DNA of 64,000 nucleotides from Camelus dromedarius (lineage: Eukaryota), in NCBI RefSeq assembly GCF_036321535.1, contig NC_087437.1, forward strand, positions 101,682,001 through 101,746,000. The letters are read 5' to 3'. Under the pieces are notes generated by a model. It saw only the letters and a program-made list of their open reading frames with translations, had not been told where the DNA came from and ran no database searches. This document shows positions 13,640-26,735 of this stretch, piece by piece (the first letter of the stretch is position 1; the number at the start of each line of letters is the position of its first letter). A program made the translations under genes and the position numbers.

Positions 13640-14210
13640 AGTATACAAACTTAGAATATTGATAACACATCACAAAAATATAAACAAAGACACATGGCAT
13701 GTTTTAAACTTTGCTTTATCTAGTAAACATTTACCAATGTCATTAATTACATAAAAGCACATGGAAGTACTATATTATGATATATAGAAGTGCCATGTTG
13801 TACTTACTTGCACTTCTGTTGGTGAACATCTTATTATATAAACTCAGAGACAACCTATGACTACTCTCCGGAAAAGCATTTCTAGAAGACCTATTACTTG
13901 TAAAATTTTTAAAGACTCCTGGGGTGTTGGAAAACTCCCTTCCAGAAAGCTCACTCCAAAGTTACAATTGCTCTAGCAGTGTATTTCAGGTTGTGTTTTA
14001 CTGCAGCTCTTCACTAGAATTATTATTAAAGTTTGTGGTAGGGAAAACAAGATATGATATTGATACTGAGTCCTATTAATTCCATTTTTATGGTTCTAAT
14101 GATAGTGAACATGTCTTAGCACACATACTGGCTATTTGCACTTCTTCTTTTTGAAATTCCTGTTCATTCACTTTGATTTTTTTTTTTTTTTTAGTCCTAG
14201 TGCATCCCTT
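13640..14210 (-). mobile_element. Ancient L1ME-like fragment
   Basis: ttctgttggtgaacatctt...ccttccagaaag...tacaattgctctagcagtgtat...gtgaacatg...ctggctatttgcacttcttcttttgaaattcctgttcat matches the old antisense L1 ORF2 3' pattern. Confidence 0.6.
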
Positions 14211-14289
14211 TTACTTTCAGATTTTCAAACGTACTTCATGGCATGAGAGAGGGAACTGATTACGTCTAGCAGTATCACAGTAAACTATG

Positions 14290-14525
14290 TTGAGCTGGAG
14301 CACAGACTTCGCGGACAGTTCAGAAGACTAGGCTTCTTAATTTATCGCTCATTAGCTTGGTGAGCTTGGATAAGTTACCTATCATCTTTAAACCTCAGTT
14401 TCCTCATCTATAAAACGGAAATAACAAAAATACATAGTTTAAAGTGTTGTGTGATTTAAATGACATAATGTATCCAAAATAAATCACGCCTGCTGGCACA
14501 TTACATATGTTGAATAGAGGTTAAC
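14290..14525 (+). mobile_element. MIR SINE, near full length
   Basis: tagcttggtgagcttggataagttacct...aacctcagtttcctcatctataaaacgg...gttgtgtgatttaaatgacataatgtat...ctggcacatt. Confidence 0.88.
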
Positions 14526-14596
14526 AGAATTAAAGGAAGGACAGGTGATGCTTTCCCCAAAGAGAAACTTGAATTTCATTCTGAATGTCACATTCT

Positions 14597-14615
14597 AACA
14601 ACAACAACAACAACA
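14597..14615 (+). repeat. (AAC)n microsatellite
   Basis: aacaacaacaacaacaaca seen directly. Confidence 0.9.
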
Positions 14616-15389
14616 AAAGCTGACAATATTTTTTAAGTGGTATCCATGAGCCAAACCCAAATATGAACAATTTTGTTTTAAAATAACTTGAAAAATATAT
14701 AATAATTATATTAGTGAACTTTGTCATAAGAAATGAGTGGTTGGGACATTGTGGACCCATCATGCTAAGGAAGAAATCCTCTACTGTGTAGGACAGTATA
14801 GAATCTTCTTTGAAGCTATGAGCATGTCATTTGATCTCGTAGAATTTTTGTTATTATTCCCTCATAGTTGTAGCCTTCTAACTGAAAAAGCGACCAGGTC
14901 TTTAAAAGAGGCTTTTAAAATATATTTTCTAAATGCGAATTTGAAAGTAGCATCCATTAGGCTGCTCTTGATGAAAGCAGTGTAAACATTCAACAAGTAG
15001 TGAATATAAAAATGTCCTACCTTAAACCATAGGACATGCATAGTCCACTTAGCAAGATGTCCAGAGGTGCGCTCTCCTGCTGCTGTGTCATTGTGGTCCC
15101 TAGTTGTCTGGTACATGCCCCTGGGTTGATTTAAGGCAGGGGAAATATTGGCTTGGTGGATGACAGTTAGGTAGAAAAGATGGGGCATCGACTGGGGGTT
15201 GTTTGCTTTGCGTATAAGAGGCATGTTCCAGGCAAGTTGTTATTAAGAATTAGCTAGCCCTGGAGGAGACCAACATCATGACCAGACTAGGTAGGCCCCT
15301 AAGATGTCAAAGCATCATAAAGTAAGCTTAAAACAAACAAACAACAAACAAAAATGAGTATACAACCAAACATCACTCACAAAAATAAT

Positions 15390-15585
15390 TGCTAATAGTT
15401 AAAATGTATCAAACCTAATTATATGTGTTTGCTCCTTTAATTCCCATACAGCACTGTGATAAGAACATCATTTTCATTTTGACACTTATATGAGTTAAGT
15501 AACAAGTTCAAATCACACAGTTAACGATTGGTGGAGCTTGAATTTCAATTTGTTCTAACTCCTGAGCTCAAGTTCTTAATTAGGC
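15390..15585 (-). mobile_element. MIR SINE (decayed)
   Basis: tttaattcccatacagcactgtga...gagttaagtaac...aatcacacagtta...ggtggagcttgaatttcaa...ctaactcctgagctcaagttcttaa. Confidence 0.65.
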
Positions 15586-17399
15586 CTGTTTATTATTTTC
15601 GAAGAGTTCAACTTCTAATTCACACACTTCTAAAACAACAGAGGAAAAATGGTTAAACAGTGAAGTAAAAAATTTCTGTGATAGTTTACAAAAAGACAAC
15701 TCTTAGTCTTTTGAAGAAAAAAGTTTTGCACTGAAAATTAGCCCTGAAGAAACATGGAGACACAAGCAATGCAGTTAAGGGGAAGGAGACTCAAGCACTA
15801 GACATTAAGTGATTATTTCTTTGCCCCAACTTGGAGGTAATATCAGCTTTTAAAATATGAAGCATGGTTTAACGCCAAATGATAAATATTTCCTGCAGAC
15901 AATATAAATTTTCCATTTTACACTATGGTTAGGTATGAAGATTTTTAAATTACCAAAAAAAAAAAAAAAATCACAATCACTAGCTGTTAATCCCTGAGGT
16001 TCTCTCCTGCTCCAGTGCAGCATGGGATGCCCTTCGCAGCAACATCATGACCAGATCAAGAGGCACAGCAGAAGCCTCTGCTGCTGAGATTGCCTGCTTT
16101 TGAAACAGAACGTGGCATTTTTTTTTTTTCTAACAATGAAACAGCTGATCCAGGGCATATGAGCAGACTTTGCCCGGATTTTCCTTTTTATACTCCCTGT
16201 GGGTATTGGCTTTGAAACTTACCTGGAGTCACAAATGCTGCGTGCTGCAGTGTAAAGAAAAGGACCACTGAAGTCGTATTAAACTGCACTTGAGAACTGT
16301 TCCATTTTTTGAGCCAGAGTCGTTTGGACTGGTTATTCAGTGTATCTGAGCCTCTGTTTCCATGGATGTAAAGTGCATGCGTATTGTGGGGGTGGGTAGG
16401 AAAAAACATTGAGAGCATTGAAGAGTTGACTCCTATAGCAGCACATAGCAGAGACCCATAAACCACTGGCTTCCTGCTGGAATCCTTCCCCAGTAGGTCA
16501 GGTCATGCTTCCAAGCCTCACATGCTATCCCCCAGCTGACCATTCTCTGAATTAGCAAAGTGCTCTTTAATGTTCTCTGAGTCCTTCTCTTCTCATCTCC
16601 TTCACTGTTTTCTATTTGACTCTCCCTCCAACTTATTCATATGATTTAAAGCCTTCACTACCCACTGGAAACTTCTAAAAAATAAACACAGAGATTGGAC
16701 CCTCATGATTATTATTTCCTGAAGGAAACGTCTCGGTGTCAGGACAGTTCAGACATTTACAGCACACATTAAGTGCAAGCTCTGCCCACTTGTCAGTTTT
16801 TTACCCCTCTCCCTCCTCTTCTCTGCTTCTTTTCTCTATTCAGTCCTGCTGATGTAGCTTCTTGGCACCAAGACTGCTGGAAAGATAATAATGACCTCAA
16901 AGTACTTACATTCTCTATTGCTAATCTAAGTGTCATCTTGAGAACTTGGTTTTCTAAGCAGTTGTTTTAATTGTGTGTTAATAATAATTGCAAGCCAGTC
17001 TCATTTGATATATTGTAAATGTTAATTCTGAAAATAAATATTAAGTCACAATAGATATGTACAAATTACATTGATTTCAGTAATTTAACCCAATGAATAG
17101 GCATGGTACTACAAAGACTACATATATATATAAAGAGAGAGAGAGCACTTTTGTCTGCTATAATGATTCTTACATAGTGCTCATAATTAATTAAAGCACA
17201 TTGGATGACAGGAATTTTTCAGACATATTTTCCATTTCTCTTAGTCTCATTCAGGTGAATAATTATGAAGGCTGGCACTTTACCCTGTTCAGAATTTCCA
17301 AATACTTCATTATTAAACTATAATATCCTTAGGGAAAAGTATACAAATCATAAATGTATAACTAGATGTACTTTCAAAACCTGAGTTTCCCTGCCTGAC

Positions 17400-18024
17400 A
17401 CACATAGTGATCAAGAAGCAAACTTGAGCAGTGCATCTGACTGATCAATTAAATATACTGTGATTCATTTTAAGGGATTGACCTTTTCTAGTCGTGTGAG
17501 CTGGTTAAACAGTTCCTGTAAGGCTCCTGTCTTCACGTCTGATGCTGGAGTCTGAAGTCCACAGGGCAAGTGGTCAGAAAGGGAAGAGGGACATGAAGTG
17601 GGTGAGAGCTCCAGCAGGCTGGAACCCACGGAGGCACAGAGATCTGAGTTATCTGAGTTACTACTGTCTCTCCAAACTTCATGCCGTGGCTGTCTGGCAG
17701 GGGAAGCTGACACTCTTCTTCCAGGAAGCCAGCTTAGGAGGTGGGGAGGTTGAAGAGGAATACAGGGGAAAGTGGAGCGACTGCAGGGCCAACTGTTGCC
17801 CCACAGCAGTCAGTGTGGGCAATAATAAAGAAGATAAGCAGATAAGCAATAATATGTGTGAGATGCAAAAGTGCCTGATTGAATTTCTGAGAGTGAAAAA
17901 CCAAACGACTGCTCCTCCACTTCTGACTTCAAATAGCTCTTGTAGTCCTACCAGAAACACACAGAAAAGGGGATTCTGAGAAACCTAGCTCAGCTCAGCT
18001 CAACTGACACTTCAGAAAGCCATC
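17400..18024 (-). mobile_element. ERVL LTR, MLT2F-like
   Basis: gattgacctt...gagctggttaaacagttcctgtaaggct...tcttcacgtctgatgctggagtctgaagtccacagggc...gggattctgagaaacctagctcag...tgacacttcagaaagccatca matches antisense MLT2F. This explains the 145-aa spurious ORF here. Confidence 0.75.
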
Positions 18025-18034
18025 AGGACCAGCA

Positions 18035-18860
18035 TCCCCAAAGCACCCCTTGGCTCCCTTCTATTCTCCACCTCACCAGAAGGCAATCACTATCCTAACT
18101 TCTAATGACATAAATTAATTGCCTATCCTTGGATTTTAGATAAACGGGATTATGCAGTATAAACTCTTTTGTATCTGGTTTCTTTTAATCAATATTATGT
18201 TTCTTAGATTCATAGATACTATTGCCTCTAGTTGCCAACAGTTCTTGCTCATCGCTGTATAGGTGTGCGTTGTGGAATATGCCACATTTGATTTGTTGTT
18301 TCTACTAATTTGGGTAAGCTCCATTTCCACCTGTTTTGATAATGACTCTATTAACATGTTTTTTAGTAAGCAGGTACATGCATTTCTGTGGAGTTAATAC
18401 CTAGGAGAGGAAATGCTGGATCATATGGTATGCATACACACAGCTTTAGTAGACACTGCTAAATAATTTCCAAAAATAATGTACAGATTCAAATTAAGGT
18501 TCCAGTAACTCCTTATCTTTGCTAAGATTTGGTGATAGCTGTCTTCTTATTTTCAGTCATTTTTGTGGTTGTGTAATGGTAGGAGATCCTTGCAGTTTTA
18601 ATTTGTTTCCACGATGATTACACTCGATATATTTTCATATTTTAGTGGCCTTTCTGATATTCTGTTTTCTGATGTGCTTCTTCCATATTTTGTCTTTTTT
18701 GGGAGGAGGTATCTTGGTCTATCTTATGAGTATATAGTTCTTTGTATTTGCGATATGAGTTATTTATTGAATATATATGCATATACATATATAAATATCA
18801 TCTATAATCTGGGTTGCCTATTTGTCCTTTTAATAAACGTGGATGACTTTTTGATTTATT
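18035..18860 (-). mobile_element. Old L1 (L1MC/L1ME-like) 3' region
   Basis: ggcaatcactatcctaacttcta...atgcagtataaactcttttgtatctggtttctttt...atacctaggagaggaaatgctggatcatatggtatgc are classic antisense old-L1 motifs. Confidence 0.85.
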
Positions 18861-19919
18861 TAATAAGAGGCACTAAGTGAAATATGAGATCAAACACTTA
18901 GACCATAATTAATAGGAAAATAATTAAATCAGATATTTTAAAGAAAATATTTGTTAATCTAGATAGACACATTTGAATTTATACGTATATGAAATTAATA
19001 GAGCTTATATAATTATAATAGATTTTACAAATGATCGTTCAGATGTTTTTAAACATGTCTAATATTATGGCTAAATGATTGCTTTAATATCCGGAGTAAA
19101 AGTAAAGCCTTAAATCATTTAGAAGAAAGTAACATATTTAATAAAATTTATAAAAATACTGTTTTGAGTAGAGCATAATTACAAAACAAATAGTGTCACT
19201 CATACTAAAATTAAAAATCCCTTATGCAATTAGCCTTTTACAACATAGATAAAGCTACTCTAGATAATTGATAGGGGAACCAGAGTAACATCTCAATCTG
19301 CTTCCATTTAACATTCTTTTCTTAGTCATGAATTTTACAATCCTATTCTCTTGCTTTCCCCATCCCTTCATCATCCTTTTTCCTTTTTGCATAAAAGTAT
19401 CTCAGGATCTCTCCTGGCCTAAAGGAAAATCCATTACTTAAACAAGCTTCATCAGGCACTTAGTATAAAACTCTATTACCTTTAACACTGCACATGGCGA
19501 TTAGCCCAGGACAGTTCCCTCCAATTCAATGCTGGTGAATACTTAGTGACTATCAGTATTCTGAAAGTCCCAGGGCCCTCTCCCATTCCACCAAAAAAAT
19601 AAAGCTGACAGCTCATAAAAGCCATCTTTTGCTCTTTCTAGTTATTTTTCTACTTAAAAATGATCTCTCCAATTGAACTGTCATTCCTTTGCATTATAAT
19701 CTAGTATTTGAGGACAGGAATGAAAATGCAGATTGTTTTTCGTGGCTGCTTTCCTATAGGCTGAGTGTTTTAAATGTGTTTTAAGCATAAACCTAATGCA
19801 TCTCCACAAAGACTTAATCCTCTTTTTTGTAGTTTATTGGTATAGATTAGGACAATTGCTTTAGAAAAAATTATCTTCTAAAATAAAACAATAACATTAA
19901 AATATCTTATTTACATTGA

Positions 19920-21536
19920 GACCAGTGGAGAAATAATACCAACACTGTCCTCTCGGAGAAGACTATATCCATCAACAAAACTCATCTATCACCATTTCCA
20001 TTTGCATAATTAGAAAAACCCAAAGTGACCTGAGTAACACAATTTATGATAAAGAGCTCACTTTCATGAATTTAACGATCTATCCAACTTATGAATAGCT
20101 CAGTAGAGTCATTGCTGGTGAAGCCAACACATCTACTGCTTCCAGGTTAGGACACCACTTGTGTTCATAACTTGCATAATCTGTATACATTATTTGCTCC
20201 CCAAGTATTGCTTGTCCATTGAAATGGTCAACTAGTATATTCTACTCCCAGATACAGCTCAGTCTTAGAGTGCCACAGGACTTCAAAGAAGTAGCACCCT
20301 CCAAACCCCAAAGGATACATGACCCCTCAGTACCACCCTGTCCAAACCCCTGAATCCTACTCAGGTTCCCAGCCTGGTAGAGCCAGAGCATCCACACTCC
20401 CATTTGTTGTCAAAAGAGTAAAGCGACCTCCTATGTTTTGTGTAGGTGAGTGCAATCTGCTTCCCATCATACCTGTATTAGCATCAGAACACCTTTATCC
20501 ACAGCTTCACCTCCATCTGTTCAGCATCATCCATACTGTGAGATTCAAAAGCAATAAATAAAGATGATTAATCATGAGTGAAATGATAGTTCCAGCTCAC
20601 TACCAGCCATTTAGATCATAAACGGGTTCTGTTTCACAGCTGTTCTTTAGATTGTCCAGATGCAGTCTTTAGGCAGAACCTAAAGCCAACAAGAATTTAA
20701 TTTCTCTTTTCCAGACAAAATAGGTTGGGTGGACTCACCCAGCATCAGCTGTTTTTTGGTTCTTTATCTTAGAGAAACACCTGGGTATCTTACTTTTTTC
20801 TGGATATTCTTGTGGGTAAAGAGCTACTACATCTTTGCCTGGCACCATGATCCTGCTGTGCATCCCCTTTCCATTTTCTGTTTTACATTCTAATTATTTT
20901 AGTTCATATTTTTCTTCCCCCAGTGGGGTACCTGGTTCAGATACATTCAGCAGGCAGTACCATTGCTCAAATCAAGACTTTTCCCTTCATCCAATTTCCA
21001 GTGTAATGTCATAGAATTTGATAGTAAAAGTTACAAGACTGTTTCTGACACTAGGTAATGGTGCCACTTCACAATTAGCCTTACTTTAGTAATATAGGGT
21101 AAGGTTAAACACACTTCCAAGGCTCTATTTGTAATATGTGCAATCAAACTTAGCAGTGTAGTTATCATGCCATATAAAGTGATGCCTACAGTATTAGCAC
21201 AATATAGTTCTTACCCTATAATAATCAGATGGGGGGAAATAAAAGAAGAAAATGTGAGATAAGAAAGATATGGATATGTTTTATGATATACCTCATCACG
21301 CCCACCACCCAATTCTAGTAACAGCTCTAGTTGAATCTCCCTTAGAGTATCCCTCATATACAACCTGAGACCTAATGATTAGTTCAGGCTTCTGTTTAAG
21401 CTCCCTTTATCTTCTGCTTTAAGTAACAGATGTTTTATTTGCATATTCTAATTTTTAACAGGTCACTGTTCCACTTATGGTAAAGAATGTGGTATGCCCT
21501 TATATGACATTTTATGCCCAATTTTCTTGTTAGCAG
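19920..21536 (-). mobile_element. Possible very decayed ERV internal region (integrase remnant, possible env remnant)
   Basis: Minus strand 21494-21421 translates, with one frameshift, as YHILYHKWNSDL/KN*NMQIKHLLL, resembling the ERV integrase motif YHxPYHPQSxGLxExWNxxLK. See findings. Confidence 0.4.
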
Positions 21537-21539
21537 CAA

Positions 21540-21710
21540 AAAAGAACATATAAATAAAGATATTTTCAGAGAGACAAAACTGAAAGAAGTCATTTCTAGT
21601 AAACTACCATAAGAACTGCTTTAACAAAGTTCTACGGGCTTAAAAAGACAGCAGATAGAAACTCAGAAAGAGTAAGTAATCTGCTTCCCAGTTAGTAAAT
21701 ATAAATGATC
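21540..21710 (+). mobile_element. Old L1 ORF1 3'-end fragment
   Basis: aaataaagatattttcagagagacaaaactgaaagaagtcatttctagtaaact...aaagttct. Confidence 0.55.
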
Positions 21711-22769
21711 TGTTTTCTGAAAAGTCCCATGAATTTGTGGCAAAGGAATCAGCACTGTTTTTACGTTAAATGATAGTCACAGTCTGTGATACAGAAAGGA
21801 TATGGTGAAATTTACCAAGCTTCTCATATTAAAACAACAACAACCAGGGAACCAGTAAAAGTGGGTATAGAAATCATGAATAAAGGTGCACAAATTCATG
21901 AATGAATGCGTGAATGACTTATATTTAAATCAAAATTTTGACTCTAGAATTTTATCATGCTTCTTTTTATTATCCCAAGTCTTGGAAAATAAAATCACTT
22001 TATATTAATTTTGAATACCTTGCTAGGTAGGAAAGTAGTATTTTTTCTTAGCAAAAGGTCTTATAGCTGTTCAGTAAGCATTTCTGATTTGAATGGATCT
22101 ATTTTATCAATGTTTATATTATAAATTCAGAATATATGATTTTATTGAGGGTGACCATCGTTAAAATAACTGTGATATCACTAATTTATGAAGATAATAG
22201 TTTACATATTTAATCCGATTGGAACAAATGCATAAGGTATTTGAAAAATACAAATAAACTTCCTTAAAATGTGTTTCAAAAAAAAAGGAATTGTCATGGA
22301 GTGGCAACATTTAATTTTATTAATTGCATTATAGCCATGAAGAATTAAATTATAGTTTCTGTGGAGTATTAAAGTTTCCACTCCTTGGTATTAGAGATAA
22401 ATCAGATCATAAAACTTAATTAGTGGCAATAAGATAATAGAATTTTTTGAGGTCAATTATTTTTCAATTAAAATGAAGATTTGAAGAAACAGTAAAGACA
22501 GAGCAAATTCCCTTACTGTTTTTTATTAAAATATAGCTGTCAATAACAAAGAGATATTTTATCATACATTGTGCTATGCATAAATCTCCCCATGGCTGTT
22601 ATCCGTAATCCTCAAAATTATCACTTACACAAATTTATAAGTATGGCTTATAACAGTAGTGAAGCAAACTCATTTATGTCAAATACTGACATGTGAAAAG
22701 TATGTCTATTTTATAGCACCCTTCTGAAAGATGTCTTTATCTGGTCATAGAAACAGGATAATAAACCTG

Positions 22770-22900
22770 GATGAAACTTTGGAAATTACCCCATCTAATC
22801 CTTTTGTGCTAATTTTTTGAACAGAGAAAACTGAGTTTCCAGAGAGGATAATTGACTTGCCCAAGGTCAGAAAGCTAACCCAGGGTGGAGCAAGAAATCA
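22770..22900 (-). mobile_element. MIR SINE fragment
   Basis: acagagaaaactgagtttccagagaggataattgacttgcccaaggtcagaaagcta. Confidence 0.8.
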
Positions 22901-25900
22901 TATGCAAATATTAAAAAATGACTAACCTCTTTTTTGTTGGGCAAGGAGCTGTGTAAATTTTCTGGGCATGCATGACTGATTCTCAGTCTGGTAACTCTGT
23001 CATAAAATCCAACAACAATGTCAGCACCACATTGTTACAGATTTCACCTAGCATGTTTACCACAATTCATTAATAATTTCTGTCTGTTATGAATTTAAAA
23101 TATAATTAAACATTGATAGTCATTATCAGGACTAAACACATGGTATATGCATTTCTGCTGTTAAAGTCAGCATCTGAGCTGTACTGATGATAAAAGGGGA
23201 AAGAACAAACAAAGCGAAGAGTTGACATCCATGTGCTGCTGAAAATATTACATCACAGAGCTGGCTGGATATCTGAAAGTTACAGACCTAGAATTCTGCT
23301 TCTGAGTGAAAGCAGCAGCTGGCTGAGGAATGGGGGACAAAGAGAATGATGAATGAAATCAGGGTTTGATGTGGAGTGGAATATGGGAACAAACATTTTA
23401 GCTCTTTTGTGGAAGGCTTTATTTCCTTCCAGTTTTTGGAGACAGTAAAAAACTGTTTTGGAATGCTAAGTACACTCTTCTGTCCTGTCCACTAAATTGC
23501 CTTCTCTCCTCTTTTCTCTCATTTATTTCCTGTGAGATTCAGACCCACCTCATAGTTCTTGGGACAGTGTCCAAACACGCATTTAGTTACTCTGGAAAGA
23601 AGGTTTGTAGGAAATAGAAAAAAGATACCATTTCTTTTACTTTTGTCATTTCATCTGCACAGCCCAAATTAAATATTTGGGTAAGTGTGGCTTTCTTTAC
23701 TCAAAATATATTTTCTGAGAAGCTTTATATAGTCATTCTGTAGTTACAATTATTTTGCGTGTAATTATCTTATGATAATTTTTAAGGAATGTGATAATTC
23801 AAAAAAAATTGAATTAGTGTCAGGATGCTTGAATTTGATTCATATTTCAGTCATTATCTTAGATGGAAATTCAGATAAAGGAAAACTAAGAAATAGGAGG
23901 CCCCTAACGAACTATTTGACATTCTATTATTGAACAATTCCCAACAAATCCTTCTGTGAAAGGAAAGAGCTCATTATGTAAAAGGGTGCTAACAAATTTG
24001 TTTTATACGTATGTATCTTCCTTAGATTTCAGAAGTTATTGTCAAAAATCTTAATTAATAAAGGGCATAAAATAATCTGAAGGTGTTATCAAAGTCAATC
24101 ATTGCTCTTACTTTGAAAAACAATTTGATCAATCTCTCTCTTTTAGGCTGCATGGTTTATTACTGGCCCTGTACTCTAAAAATTACACTCTGATTTTGAT
24201 CACAACATGACAAAATATCTTGACAAAATATCGTAACATAACAGAGACCCCAGGAAGAGTGCAGGAAACATCAAGTCCACATATATATTTACTTGTGCAA
24301 AAAGTGATCACCATCAGTAGGCCTGGACTTTGACAGCAGTAGGCAAGTCATGTTCAGAAAGGACATTAATACAAGGCTAAATCAGAGGAATACAATTCAC
24401 ATCTCATTAAAATATTAAAATTTTATCAACTATTGTTTTATCACTTGAAATACGGAGTTTGAATTATCTGGTAATCTGTTTTTTAAAGGTGTTTATTATA
24501 CTGAGATTTAGTGCCTCGAAATCAATACTGTAATATTGGAGCCATTATCTACGAAAAAAACCCAACACATCAAGGGAAAGCTGCAGGTTAGATCTATCAT
24601 TATTATTTAATCTGCTTGCATAGAAGTACTTATAATATTAAAACAAACAAATGTCTTTTACATCTATTCCTAGAAATGTTTCCTAAAATTTTGTTTGTTT
24701 TATTAACTCAAAATTTCATGAATGATCCAGGAACAGCTATGCATAAAAAACAATGCAATAGTTTGTAAGTAAAAGAAAGAAAACAATACTGCACTAGTTT
24801 GAATGTATCTACAGATGGATAGCAAACCAAAGAGAAGTGTCCATCATCAGGAAAATCTTCATGATGAAAACTGGAATATTTCAGGTAGTTCTTGATAGTG
24901 CTGTGTATATATAAATATTATCTCTCAGTGTAAACCTTACTAGAAAGAAGCAGGGAGTTCTACTCTACTAATTTACCCTCAACTAACCATTTTTAATCTT
25001 CTCTGTTCCTTTAAGAAAGAAAAGCATTTTAAATGGTAGGAATTCGGAGGTTCAGGCTAGATTTGGAAAATTGGTGAAGTGGGTATTTCCCTCACAGATC
25101 TTTCATAACAACTATAAACATAATTTTGTGTTAGTTTTATAACTGTTTCATAAATGTTTTCCTGTACAAAAATATATTGGTAGTCTTTCCAACTTGGTAA
25201 GTCTGCTAACCAGAAAAGACCCTTGTTTTCATTGCTAGCCTCCACTTTTCTTATTGTGCAAAAGATGGATGGTTTATCTGAGTAACAGTTACAGTTGAAA
25301 GGTTTTCAACTGGCATTATGAAGAAATAGCAAATTTTTAGAACTGACAATGTTTCTAAAATATAGGTCAGTTTCATCATGACCAAGAAAACACAATACAT
25401 TTTTGTAATGGGATTATTTTTTGGTTGGACTCCAAATTATCAATTCTACTGCTCATAAATTTTCTATAATTCAGCTTGCAAGACCATTTATCTTTTCCCG
25501 CTAGAACCCAGAAGGGCAGGCAAACACACAGCATGTATATTATATTGCATGTGGTCAATAAGTATTTGATACTTGAATGAAAAATAATATTTGATATTAA
25601 ATTATGCTATTAATTTTCTAAACCAAAATTTAGGAACTAAACATATATTTCACATAAAATAATGTTTTGTTTCTCTGCATAATACAAACATGCTATCCTC
25701 CAGTTTGATTTGTTTTTAGTTACGCTTTCCTGAAAATGTAATTTGAGATGAAAAGGTGTTTCATCCAATATATTATTATGTTTATGAAAATTTAATAGAC
25801 TTTACCATTTAAAAGAAAATAAAGACTTTTTAAAAAACACCAAATGTGTATGTGTACATGCATATGTGTGTTTATATACATGTATATATGTATAAATCAA

Positions 25901-26464
25901 CATGTTAACCTTCTTTCCTGTTAAGATATTCAAGAATCTAATGAAGATTTTGAATTTAAAAGCTAGCATGGAAATTTTTGTTTATGTGAAAAGTTTTAGT
26001 TGTGTTTTTTTTTTAACCTACGCATTTGTTCAGCAAACAAGCAAGTTTATTTTGAATACAAGGAAGATGAATTGCCTAAAATCCAGATAGCAGCATTTTT
26101 AACATGGCATGGTATAGTAATATCACGCCTTTCAGAATAGAACCAAAAACTTGAATTTCACTTTATATCCAAATTCTAATCCAAACAGAGTAATGTCTGT
26201 ATAACCCGGTGTCTAAAATTAAGGAGAATATTTACTCAAAATAACCCAAAACTATGTATATATACATACATATGTGTATGAGTGTGTTCATGTGTTTATA
26301 GTTTAGCTACATCAGACTGGATTTCTCACTTCTCATAATTTTCAGATAGCGCACATCTTAAAAATTCAAAATAACTAAAACATTAACTCAAGTGGGGGCA
26401 GTAAGAATAAGTAAGCGCAACTAATAATTCCAGGAAACAGAAAATATCAACTGGAAATAAATAC

Positions 26465-26735
26465 AACATGGTATACAAAAAGAACAAAGACTTTGGGTCA
26501 AATAGATCTGAGTTAGAGTTCTGATTTTGATATGTACAAATATGTGATTATGTATGAGTTACTTCCTAGAGCTTTAGTTTCCTCATTTAAAAAATATGGA
26601 TAATAAAATCCTCTTTCAGGGTTGTTGAAACAATTTAAATCATAGATGATAAGTGATATGGATTTTTATATTTATAGCCCTTAGCTAAGAATTCAAAACA
26701 TAACGAGTCCAATGAATGGCTGCTACCTTTATTAT
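26465..26735 (+). mobile_element. MIR SINE
   Basis: aagactttgggtcaaatagatctgagttagagttctgattttg...agttacttcctagagctttagtttcctcatttaaaaaat...cagggttgttga. Confidence 0.8.

Noticed and set aside
15271..16055. Exact 16-bp repeat caacatcatgaccaga at 15271-15286 and 16040-16055
   Set aside because: It does not bracket a recognisable insertion, and about one such match is plausible by chance among all position pairs in 64 kb.
17542..17979. Longest ORF (145 aa) as a novel gene
   Set aside because: It lies entirely within an MLT2F-like LTR and has no recognisable domain.
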